DNA from: Macrostomum hystrix
Lineage: Eukaryota; Animalia; Platyhelminthes
Length of the DNA: 64,000 bases
NCBI GenBank assembly: GCA_950097015.1
Contig: CATNEN010000008.1
Location: forward strand, 868,001-932,000
Reading direction: 5' to 3'
Part shown: in pieces, positions 46,886-57,952 of the stretch
Layout: each line of letters begins with the position of its first letter
Numbering within the stretch: position 1 is the first letter of the stretch
Notes under the pieces: model-generated
What the model saw: only the letters and a program-made list of their open reading frames with translations
Databases searched by the model: none
Told to the model about the DNA's origin: nothing
Translations under genes and position numbers: made by a program

Positions 46886-47399
46886 CGATTGCCTAAATAA
46901 CACTCATATTTAGCTTCTTATTGACGTCAATATGAAAATAAAACTTCCTGAAAAGAAACTAGGAAAACTCAGACGATCTTCCACAGTTTTGCACAGCTGA
47001 AAGCTGAGCTGATATTACATGAAAATTTTATTTTGCCTTCCTACCTGACTACCGGAGCTCAAGTTACAGTCTGGGAGCCTTGGTAACTAAAAATATTGTC
47101 ACTCCGCCTGATTGCGTGTCAACACAAACCCGGCTGTACTTTTATCAAGTTATGGGTGGCCCCCATGAAGCTCATACTCACCTAGCATGAGCTAAAGGTG
47201 AATGAATCGGTGAGAGGCCAAGGGCTAAATGAAAATCAAGCTGATTAATTCTTGTAAAAACATCTTTCAATAGGCGCGGTTTGTTCTCAGTTTTTTTTCC
47301 AGTGCGAATCAGTTTGGCTTGCAACAATAGACAGGAAAGTAACGGACACGTAAGTTAATAATCCTGGCTCTATTTATAGAAATAGTCTCTGTAGATCGC

Positions 47400-48533
47400 T
47401 TAAGAGCGCTCTATCATTGCAACGACCTCGAGCTGCTGCTGCTGCTGCTGCTGCCGCCGCTGAAGCCGCTGCAAACGCTGCAGACGCTCAAAGTGCTGTT
47501 TGTACTGCTGCTGCAGCTGCGCCTGATGCCGAAGCTGCTGTCGCTGCTGCTGCTGCTGCTGCTGTTGTCGCCAGTCGCCGCCACGCCGCTGAAGCAGTAC
47601 ACGGAAGGAGTGACTGTTGCGCAGCAGGATGAAGAAGTTCAGGCTCGAGTTGATGGGCACCACAGCCATGCCCCAGCTCACTATTTGCTCCAGCTTGCCC
47701 AGAATGTCAAAGTCCTGCTTCATCAGCGGCAGCCGGGTGAGTCGCTGCAGCAGGTAGATGGTTGTGGCGGCATTCGACAGCGCGTAGGGGAACTCGAGCA
47801 GGATGAAGCCGACGGACAGCAGCAGGATGGTGCGCGCGGCTCGGCTGACGGCTCTGTGGTTTGAGTAGAGAGCTCGCAGGCGTCTAGCGATGTGGCAGGC
47901 GAGGCAGAACACACAGAAGCCGGGTAGGAGGGTGCCCAGCGTCACATAGCTCAGATTCTTGAATAGGTGCAGGCGCAGGGTTCGAACCATGGCCTGCGCC
48001 TCCACGTCGGTGGTGGCGTTGATGGCCAAGGCGGCCTCGCCGAGGCTCCAAGCGCTACCGGCCAGCAGCTCGCAGCCACAGAAGCAGAGGATGGCCATCA
48101 GGATTCCGGCCTGGTAGCGTGGCGGGAACTGACGGCCAGGCTGGGCGGCCAGTTCTGGCCGGTCGGTGATGACCGCCCTGTAGGTCGTCAGGGTTAGCAT
48201 CCACCAGTTTCTGGCTGTCTGGGCGGCGTGGACGCAATCTCCGAGCTCGTCTGGCACCGTATTGGGCGGCATGAACAGCTGGCTGAGCAGGTAGATGGTT
48301 AGCAGCAGGTTGAGCAAGAGTTCAAATCCGGTGAGGGCTACCATGCCGCTGCAGCGTTCCCTGACGCGGCCCAGCAGCAGGGCCAGCATGAGCAGGCAGT
48401 TGAGCAGTAGGGCCAGGTTGGCGCAGGTCAGGGACAGTCCTAGGGCAGCTTGAATCGAAGCCCCTGCGGCAGGCATTGCGCCCTCGGCCACAATCAGCTT
48501 TTTGTTTACATCTGAGGCGGACCTGTTGGACAT
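47400..48533 (-). CDS. Intronless rhodopsin-class (class A-like) 7TM GPCR, orphan peptide-receptor-like, with a poly-Gln tail
   Basis: 377 aa with seven hydrophobic segments. TM1 ..LLN, TM5 LP, TM6 RTILLLSVGFILLEFPYAL, TM7 INSSLNFFIL followed by SFR helix 8; no canonical DRY. Confidence 0.88.
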   Translation of the reverse strand: MSNRSASDVNKKLIVAEGAMPAAGASIQAALGLSLTCANLALLLNCLLMLALLLGRVRERCSGMVALTGFELLLNLLLTIYLLSQLFMPPNTVPDELGDCVHAAQTARNWWMLTLTTYRAVITDRPELAAQPGRQFPPRYQAGILMAILCFCGCELLAGSAWSLGEAALAINATTDVEAQAMVRTLRLHLFKNLSYVTLGTLLPGFCVFCLACHIARRLRALYSNHRAVSRAARTILLLSVGFILLEFPYALSNAATTIYLLQRLTRLPLMKQDFDILGKLEQIVSWGMAVVPINSSLNFFILLRNSHSFRVLLQRRGGDWRQQQQQQQQRQQLRHQAQLQQQYKQHFERLQRLQRLQRRQQQQQQQLEVVAMIERS

Positions 48534-49012
48534 TGTTAATCGTCAGTGAGTTAGCAATGAGACAGAATGAGACTTGCCTTATATTTACTGCTGGAGCTCT
48601 CAACTGCTTTGAAGCCTCTTTTCTCTGATTGGCTAGAGCGATTGATTGGATTAATTCTCTTGGATTGATTATTCAGTCCTGAGTCTGCTCAACAAGGCGA
48701 TGCGGGCTGCTGTGTGGGAGTGAAGCCTCGTTTTACATTCGAGACTCAGTGAGGCTGGGGGAACTCTTGTTTAGTTCTCCGATCAAAATGGATTACAGAT
48801 GGAGGTAGTAAGGGGAGAGGATGAGCATGAGACATCCGGGAGGGATGATACTCAGACAGTAGATAGAGACAGGCGAGGAGAAAGAACTGGGTTTCAATCG
48901 GGGGAAAAGGTACATGGGAAAAAGCGGAAAAATATAAATCTTTAGAGAAGTAGACAGGAGAGAATTAAGTAAATTCAAGAAATTAAAAGTATATTTAGGA
49001 GAGAGAAGTAGA

Positions 49013-49403
49013 CTAACGAGAGAGAAGTAGACTTTTGAGACAGAAGTAGACTATGGAGAGAGAAGTAGACTTAGGAGAGAGAAGTAGACTTAGGAGAGAG
49101 AAGTAGACTATGGAGACAGAAGTAGACTATGGAGAGAGAAGTAGACTATGGAGACAGAAGTAGACTATGGAGACAGAAGTAGACTATGGAGACAGAAGTA
49201 GACTATGGAGAGAAAAGTAGACTTAGGAGAGAGAAGTAGACTTAGGAGAGAGACGTAGACTATGGAGAGAAAAGTAGACTATGGAGAGAGAAGTAGACTT
49301 AGGAGATAGAAGTAGACTTTTGAGACAGAAGTAGACTATGGAGAGAGAAGTAGACTATGGAGAGAGAAGTAGACTTAGGAGATAGAAGTAGACTATGGAG
49401 AGA
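49013..49403. repeat. 19-bp purine-rich minisatellite (gagagaagtagactatgga)n
   Basis: Period 19 (49141, 49160); ~20 copies. Confidence 0.95.
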
Positions 49404-49844
49404 CGGGATGGTTAGTGTCACAAACAGTTTCCGAAACGAGTTTCACCCTAAAAGTAATCTCTAAATAGCGAAGATTGGGCAAAACTAATTGAGGAAGAAT
49501 TTTGTAAGAATTGAAGAACTATGCTCAGATAAAAAATGTCCATTCAAATATGCCTATCCTCTATCCGATAGAGATTTTGATAGCAGCCAAATTTGGCACT
49601 TATCATGCTTCTCTAAGAGGGCTGTCAAAGTTAAGCGCCGAGCTTAGTCGCTTTGTCAGGAAATGAAAAGGAATTTTTGATGTGAAATTTTACTGACAGT
49701 CAAGAATCTCGTCGCTTCTAATTAAAGAAGGAATCTCATTGATGAATTTGAGGAATTTGAAGAACAAACTGCCTTCTTGTCATATTTTTTACAATTTCAT
49801 CATATTTCCAGACTGATAAAATGTTTCAGCAGCCGTCGACAGGG

Positions 49845-50835
49845 CTAGGGAATAGAGTCAGGGAAGAGGGGAGTAGAGAGTCAGGGAAGAGGGGAGTAGA
49901 GAGTCAGGGAAGAGGGGAATAGAGAGTCAGGGAAGAGGGGAGTAGAGAGTCAGGGAAGAGGGGAATAGAGAGTCAGGGAATGGAAAGTCAGGGAATAGAG
50001 AGTCAGGAAAGAGGGGAATAGAGAGTCAGGGAAGAGGGGAGTAGAGAGTCAGGGAAGAGGGGAATAGAGAGTCAGGGAATGGAAAGTCAGGGAATAGAGA
50101 GTCAGGAAATAGAGAGTCAGGGAATAGAGAGTCAGGGAATAGAGAGTCAGGGAATAGAGAGTCAGGGAATAGAGAGTCAGGGAATAGAGAGTCAGGGAAT
50201 AGAGAGTCAGGGAATAGAGAGTCAGGGAATAGAGAGTCAGGGAATGGAAAGTCAGGGAATAGAGAGTCAGGAAATAGAGAGTCAGGGAATAGAGAGTCAG
50301 GGAATAGAGAGTCAGGGAATAGAGAGTCAGGGAATAGAGAGTCAGGGAATAGAGAGTCAGGAAATAGAGAGTCAAGGATAGAGAGTCAGGGATAGAGAGT
50401 CAGGAATGGAGAGTCAGGGAATAGAGAGTCAGGGAATAGAGAGTCAGGGAATAGAGAGTCAGGGAATAGAGAGTCAGGGAATAGAGAGTCAGGGAATAGA
50501 GAGTCAGGGATAGAGAGTCAGGAATGGAGAGTCAGGGAATAGAGAGTCAGGGAATAGAGAGTCAGGGAATAGAGAGTCAGGGAATAGAGAGTCAGGGAAT
50601 AGAGAGTCAGGGAATAGAGAGTCAGGGATAGAGAGTCAGGAATGGAGAGTCAGGGAATAGAGAGTCAGGGAATAGAGAGTCAGGGAATAGAGAGTCAGGG
50701 AATAGAGAGTCAGGGAATAGAGAGTCAGGGAATAGAGTCAGGGAAAAGGGGAATAGAGAGTCAAGGAATGGAAAGTCAGGGATAGAGAGTCAGGAAATAG
50801 AGAGTCAGGAATGGAGAGTCAGGGAATGGAGAGTC
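49845..50835. repeat. 15-bp purine-rich satellite (agggaatagagagtc)n
   Basis: Reverse complement of the monomer at 38480-40140. The 5' part has 24-bp units including agaggggg. Confidence 0.95.
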
Positions 50836-51417
50836 AGGAAATAGAGAGTCAGGGTAAAGATAATCACTTAGCCACACAATGTCGCCAGCTCCGATTTTGA
50901 AAGAAGTAGACTGAAAAATAGTGTTTTGCTTTCGCTAGTTTAGCCAATCATGCCTTGATCCTGGCCTGATTTTATTTATTGAAAAATACACGGCAATTTA
51001 TTAATAAAATAATGGGTGAATAGGCTGCTGAGCATCAAAATAAGGGAAGTTTTTTATTAAGTACCTTTTCTCTTGAGCTATTATGAGTTCAGATTTCAAT
51101 AACACACAAGTGTTTAGGAAGAAGATTAATAATTAAAACACATTTTTACGATTATGCAAGTGTGAAATAATGAAAATTAAAAATTCAAACTATATACAGA
51201 GCATATCCTGGTCCTGCCTTTTCTCCATGGAAGACTGCTATGTACTGCGAGATAAATTAGAAAAAAAACAATAATTGATTGGTTTGGACAATAAGAAAAA
51301 AAATTTTTGTCAGCACAAATATAGCAGTTTGGACTGGATAATTCCGCACAAGAAAACAATAAATCGCCCATCGCCAGTTTCAAGTTTTTTTAGCCCAGCA
51401 AGTCTACCTGCGAGCTG

Positions 51418-54400
51418 TCAGTCCGTTGTCACACTTGTGCTAAGGCTGGCGAATGAAGATAGCGACGGAGACCCAGTCGACTGCCGAGGCGAGTGCTGCT
51501 GCTGCTGCTGCTGCTTTTGTTCTAGTTGCTGTCGTTGCGAAACCTGCTGCTTTTGGGATCGTGGCGGCTGCGGCGACTGCGGCAACTGTGGTGGTGGTCC
51601 AACTTGAACAAAATAAGATGACAGGCAGCGCTTTCTACCCTCGCCGGTGTCGACTGCCGCGGCAGCTGGCAATGACACCGTTGGTAGATCAGCGTCAGAG
51701 CCGTGCCGCACCTCCAGTGTCTTCCAAAAGCGCGGCCGGGTTCCCGATGGCTCCGCTGTCATTGCTGATGACGCGCTCCGGGCCGCACTGCCAACGTCAC
51801 CGGCGGAAGCCACGCGACGAAGCGGCATCGGGGACGCTTTGACAACGACCTCCTCGGTGCGCTCCGTGGTGGCCGCGCCAGATGCAGATACGCTGTCAAT
51901 TTTGGCAGTCTCGATATCATTGTTGTTGCAACAATCATCGTCGGACAGCACTGACGCGTCAGTCGGCAGGCAGGCCGTGTTGTCCGCTGACTGCGACGTC
52001 GCAGCTTCGCACAGGCGCCGCAAACTCGATGCCTTCGACTCTGAGTCGCTCTCCGCCGAGCGATCGACGACGCGAGGCACCCAGAACCAGCACGAGCTGC
52101 TGCGCTCCTCATCCTCGCTGTTATCATCGTCATCAATGTCGTCGGCAAAATACTCGATGGTCTCGGTGGCCTCATCGTCGTCGGTAGCTAGGTTGCAGAG
52201 AATAAAACGCATCAACTCCAGCCGCATCGGCTCACTGGCTTCCGATTGGCTGCGGGACGCGGGAAACATCGCTTTACCGAGTTAAGAAGTGCATAAAATG
52301 TTTCAGCAATTCGCTCTTTGAAGATCAGCTAGGTCATGAGTTCGAAATCCAGGATTGCAGGAAGAATGATTTTGGATGAGTTGTAAGTGGCTGTGGGGTA
52401 CTTTAAGTTTGGACTCCAGGTCTAGGCTAGCAGGGGGTCAAGGGGGGTCAGCGGCAGAGCAGTTAACGCCAAGGTCTCTGAGCTCGATTCCGTGGCAAGG
52501 CCACATTTACATGTATTTGGGGCGCAGCCGCGTAGAGAAGGCTTGAGGGCTTGTCGTGCAATTTACGCCCTCGAGGGCCAAACTCCAAGGCCCTCAGTGA
52601 GAATGTACACTGCCTGTATCTGTGTGCATGTGTGCTCAGGAGTCAGCGCAATGGGCAGAATTGCCTATGCCCCCAGCCATCCTATAATTATAAATAGTTT
52701 TATTATTAGGATAACCGTACACACTGACCTACTCAGTGAGTTTGAGTAGCTTCACTTCTAGAGATTTAAGTCAAGCAAATTCCGTCGTGGATTAGTTGAA
52801 TGAAGCACAATTAGATTTCCTCTGAGAATTAATTACCTGAGAATATCATTAAACACGACAGGCGCGGCATGCAAGCTGGGGCTAGAATTTATTTTATTGG
52901 CGGAACATAAGGCAGTACATGGATGCAAAATAGGCATGAACTCGGTCTGACGCGCAGGTATCAGAGAGTGACTTCTGGACCAGACTCGCACTCTCCAGGG
53001 TCTAAGCGCAGGTATTTGCCGCTAAAAATAGTTGGAAACATTTAATTTGGGAGTTGGATTGAGCGATTCAGATTTTTAATTAACGACAAAGCGTGTACTT
53101 TTTGAGGATTCGCGAAACAGCAAACAAAACATCATGCTATGCTACAGTTGCAGTTGGTTTGCTCTGACCAGGGCTCACAGTCACATGCTCTGCGGTTCTC
53201 AGAACTTTATACTGGACTCAATGGGCTTCTGCGTAAATGATTTTAAACTTAATTAGAGGAAAGCCCAGAGGAAGCTCAGATTAATTATATTACACTCAGG
53301 TGAGACAGCTGATGCATCCGAGTTTTTAATTAATTCCACTCAATTAGGGCGCATGTACTCGATTTCTGAGTTAACTCGAATAATAGCAATTGCTCCGCCT
53401 CCAAACCTAGCCGAGTTTCTAACAACGTTAATTCGGATACCCAATTTACAACTGGTTGAGAACCGAAGCACTAAGGAGTTTATTGTCTAGCTCAAGAACA
53501 ATTTTTTCCTAAAATTTGAACTTTGAGCTTTCAACTCCGGACCTCTTTAGGAGCTGAGAAGTACCAATCCTAAATGAAGTCCGCGACAACATGAACTCAC
53601 TTGTTGGGCACGCGGGCATGGAGATCTGAAATTCAGAGGGGACGTTCAGGTTAGTGCGTGATAGATCAGGTAAGATATCAAAAGGTTTAAGGGGTGAGCC
53701 GCTCGCGCCAACGTCCCTGAACTCGATTCTGCGGCTAGGCCACAATCGTTTGGGGCGCAGCCGCGGAGAGAAGGCTATGGGCTTGTCGTGCAATGTACGC
53801 TCTTGAGGGCCAACTACCAAGGCACAGTGAAGTGTACACTACCTGACGATGAGAAAGTCAGGGCAGATGTACACACCTTTGTGAACGTGTGCCTGCGTAC
53901 AGTATCTGTGTGCGTCTGTTCAGGAGTTACTGACATAATTGCCTCCTCGCTGGCTACGGGTCTAATGTTATCAATTGATTTGCCATTGCCCACAGCCCTC
54001 AAAGCTAATATTATTATCGGTACATTCATCGATTGGTTCGATAGTTCCAGAATCATTAAAATGTTACTTTACTGAAAAAAGCAATAACATAAAATAACAA
54101 CAAAATAAAGCAACGAGGCGTAATGAAGCACAACAAACTCGACCAAGTAGTCGTGACGCAAACTTTTGAGCTATTCTGAGCAGTGCAATGATTAGAACCT
54201 TGAGCGGCTTCTTTCGCGCGTCAGTCGTGGGGTGGGCCGTCGGTCTTGCAGTGACCTCTGCTCACCTCTGCTCACTAAGCTGCACCCATCTCTCGTTCCA
54301 TCGCTTGGATTTCTCATTCATGAATTTCGACTGCATACTCATCATCTCATATGAAGTTAGACGCTTTTGGATTATCTAGCAATGTTTTAGTTGCCTAACC

Positions 54401-57400
54401 GGTTTTCATGCATAAATTAGGATTTTAAAGCTACTTTTATGAGTAGTAGCTAGAAAGTTAGGTAAACTATAGTTTTCTAACATACAGTAACGTGAAAATC
54501 TGGATCTTTAATCTCGACACTCATGAAAATATTGGGATACATTTTCACAATGACAGTCTTCTCAAAGAAATTATTAAGCAAGACAAATGTAATCCTAAAG
54601 TTTTCATGGTGGTTATATTTCTTAGGAAAGACTTCTCATACTTCATATCAATAAATCTCAATATTTTCCTTACCAATTGCTCTAGTGCAATCGGACCAGC
54701 CGAAACTAGCTCCAGTTTGTTGATTTTCCTGACTGATCGCAAGAAATGAGGGAGACAGCTGCTGCTGCTGCTGCTGCTGCTGCTGAGAGGCCGCGGTTCG
54801 ACCTCCGAATCGTCTTTGGGAGTCAATTCGAAGTCGCCGGGCCTGATCGTCCAACTCTCGGTCCGGAAAAGCGCCTCTGTGCTGTACGAAGTAGCCGGTT
54901 CGCTCCTGAGTCCTGAAATGGAAGAATAACGATTGACCGGCTTACAGAGTTATTCGATACACTCAAAAATACAACTAACCGCATTCGGAAATCCACAAGA
55001 TGAAGTCATGGATTCAAATGAGAGTTTTACTAGATAAGCTTGTCCAAGGATTTGCTCCCAACTCTGTACCTTGTGGGCGAGGCCTGCTGCAGCTGATGCT
55101 GCTGACGCTGCCTCTGAGAAGAGGTGTTGACATCGAAAACTTCGTCTTCGTCACCACCGCTGGACAGCTGCGCCAGGCGGATCTGCACTCGCGCCAGCGT
55201 GTCGTGTCGATCAGCCCCATCCAGCAGGTCGTCGTCCTCTAGCTGCATTGTCCGACAGAGTCCTTCCAGCTCGCTGATCGGATCCGCGCCGCCGGGAGCA
55301 GATCCTCCCGAGGACGTGCCGCGCGGGCTCAGCAGAGAGATTCGCTTATTTCGACGCAGAGTGGCAGCTGCGGCAGCTGCTGCAGCCGCCCCAGTGGGCA
55401 GAACTTTCACCGCGTTCGATGGCAGCTTCAGCGCTGCTCGCTTTCGCTTATCGTTGGAGTCTTCGGCCTCATCGCCTGAGTCGGAGCCGTTCGCACGACC
55501 GTTGCCGTTTTGACGACGCTGATGCCACTCCAGGCGCTCCTCCAGCTGCTGCATCAGGTTTTGCTGCTGCTGCCGTTGCTGCTGCTGCCGTTGCTGCTGC
55601 TGGGGCGGATGCGACTGATGACGTTGCTGCTGCTGTTGCTGACCCGGGCGCTCAGTTTGATTAGCTGTGCTATGCAGCTGATGCTCATGCTTATCATATT
55701 CTGGCCTTACTTTGTATTGAGGAGAATGCTGTACTTGCGACTCGACTTGAACTTGTTGCTGATGCTGACTCTCTTGGTGGACGTGGTTCGGTCTTGGCTG
55801 ATAACGGTGGTTCGATTGCGGTTGATTTTGAAGATTTAAACGCGCAGCAGCAGACTGAGGCTGCTGCTGATGCTGAAGCTCCGCGTGGCGCTGTGCTGCT
55901 TGCTGGCTCTGTCGCTTGTCGTTGTAAGGCTTTGATTGGTACTGAAACTGACGCTCGTGCTGCTGTTGGTAATGAAGATCGACCTCGATGGTATTTGAAT
56001 GCGGCTGAGGTGGATGAGGCTGCCACTGATGATTCAATTCGAGCTGATGCTGATGACGATGCTGATACTGATGAGCTTTGGGCTTGCGCTGCTGAATTTG
56101 GGTATTTATTGGCTGCTGAAGTTGGGTATTGATTGGCTGCTGAAGTTGGGTATTGATTGGCTGTTGAAGTTGGGTATTGATTGGCTGCTGAAGTTGGGTA
56201 TTGATTGGCTGCTGAAGTTGGGTATTTATTGGCTGCTGATTTCGCTGATTCTGATGCTGTTGATGATTCTGACTGTGAGACGCATCGCTCCGTGGCTGCA
56301 GCACTCCAATTGAAAGACTCGCTGAGGCTGTCTGTGTGGATGGGATTTCGATTGAAGGGCCCGGAGCCCTCGGCGACGTAGCCTGGATTTGCGATCGCGG
56401 CCGCGGATTCGCTTCGTTGGTCCGACTGATTTGATTTCGTCTCGAGGTAATTGGTGAGCCAACGGCAGCGAGCGCGGCTGCAGCTGCGGACCTTTCTGCA
56501 GGTTCCTGACGCCCTGGCTGCTCCGGCTGCTGCGACTGCTGAATGGAAGACAGACTACTCGACCTCTGGCGAGTAAGAGGTAGCTCAACTACCGCGGGCT
56601 GTGCTCCTTGGTTGCCGCGAGATATAGGTCGATGCTTGCCCGACGACCACAACCGACGTTGCTGCTTGTCCTGATTCGGCAGCTGGTTCTGGTTGCTGTA
56701 GTACTGTTGATAATGATAGTGATGCTCTTGAAATGCTGTAGGAGGCGGCGGCGGTGGCGGCGGAGGCGGTGGCGGTGGTGGTGGTGGCGGTGGTGGGGGT
56801 GGTTGTGGCGGCGGGACCTGCTTATACAGCTTCGGTGGCAGCTGTACAGTGGCAACAGCTGACGCGGGCACTATATGAATCTGTTTATAAAGTTGGTCGG
56901 CGAATGCTACAGCGGAAGTAGCAGGTTTTCGATGAGATCGCGGCGGAACTCGCGGCGGAACCCGCGGCGGAACCGTCTGCGGTTGTGAATTTACTGGGCG
57001 CGCTTCTTCCCGATGCAGAAGTGTTTGTCCAGCGTCATGATCTCCGTCACTGGGTCGATACCGGTAGACCTCATTCTGCGCCTCACTTCCCTGAGGATAG
57101 AGATCGCTGGTCTTGATGGAGGCAGGGAGTGAGGAGCTCTGGCTGTTGGATGTGGACTTGCCCTGCTGCTTCGGCGGCTGCTCATGAGAACTGTACTCAG
57201 GCCTGGTTTGGTTCTGATGCTGATGCTGTTGTGGCTGTGACTGGAACTGGTGTCGGTGCTGATGCTGATTGTTCCTTCTGGGTTGGTGCTGCAGATCCTC
57301 GTATCGATATTGCTTCCGGCTCTGGTGCTGATTCGGATACTGCAGCTGGTGCTCATGCTGATACTGATGCTGGTGCTGGTGCTCGTGCTGATGCTGTTCC

Positions 57401-57910
57401 TGAAGCTGGTCCTGAAGCTGGTGCTGGTCCTGATGCTGGTGCTGATTCTGGTGCTGATGCTGGTTCTCATGCTGGTTCTCATGCAGGTGCTGATGCAGGT
57501 GCTGATGCTTGAACTCACGCTTAGGCTGATGCTGATTTGGACTTCTAGTTTCCAGCAACCATCTTCCACCGTCGCTAATACCGTCTACGACTTCAAAGAC
57601 GGCGTCATCATCATAGTCTGCTTCGTCTGCGCTTACGCTGACCAGACGCGCGGTGGCAGTCGCCATGACCACCGTTGCTAAAGAAGCTTCAGCTGGCGGC
57701 AATGGTCGCTCCTTCTTTGGCCGAGCGGAGCTATGTCTGTGCGGCTGGTATTTGTGACGCTCCTCTTCAATGGGCTGTTGCTGCTGTTTCAACTCCTGAG
57801 CTTGCTTGCCTCCGTCAACTGTCAGAGGACTATTTGACTGCGCAAATAGCAAGCGAAGTTGCTCCTCTACTTGAGACTTTGGACTTGTCGTTTGCTTCTT
57901 TTGCTGGTGT

Positions 57911-57952
<42 letters not shown>

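Noticed and set aside
45494-46913. (INSINGT)n ORF rich in N-glycosylation sequons, resembling an antifreeze or mucin protein
   Set aside because: Three frames are open simultaneously, this frame starts at GTG, and there is no signal peptide. It is best explained as a 21-bp minisatellite.
38455-50850. Foldback-type transposon with modular TIRs enclosing two genes
   Set aside because: The outer ends of the two arrays are not mutually inverted, no TSD was found, and the higher-order organisation differs.
51453-52285. Plus-strand ORFs (51647-52285 and others)
   Set aside because: They are antisense shadows of the minus-strand exon, which has a phase-consistent acceptor.
52270-52300. U12-type intron (TTCTTAAC branch-like motif before an AAG acceptor)
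   Set aside because: The upstream donor is GTAAGG (U2 type), and a much better phase-compatible acceptor exists at 52188.
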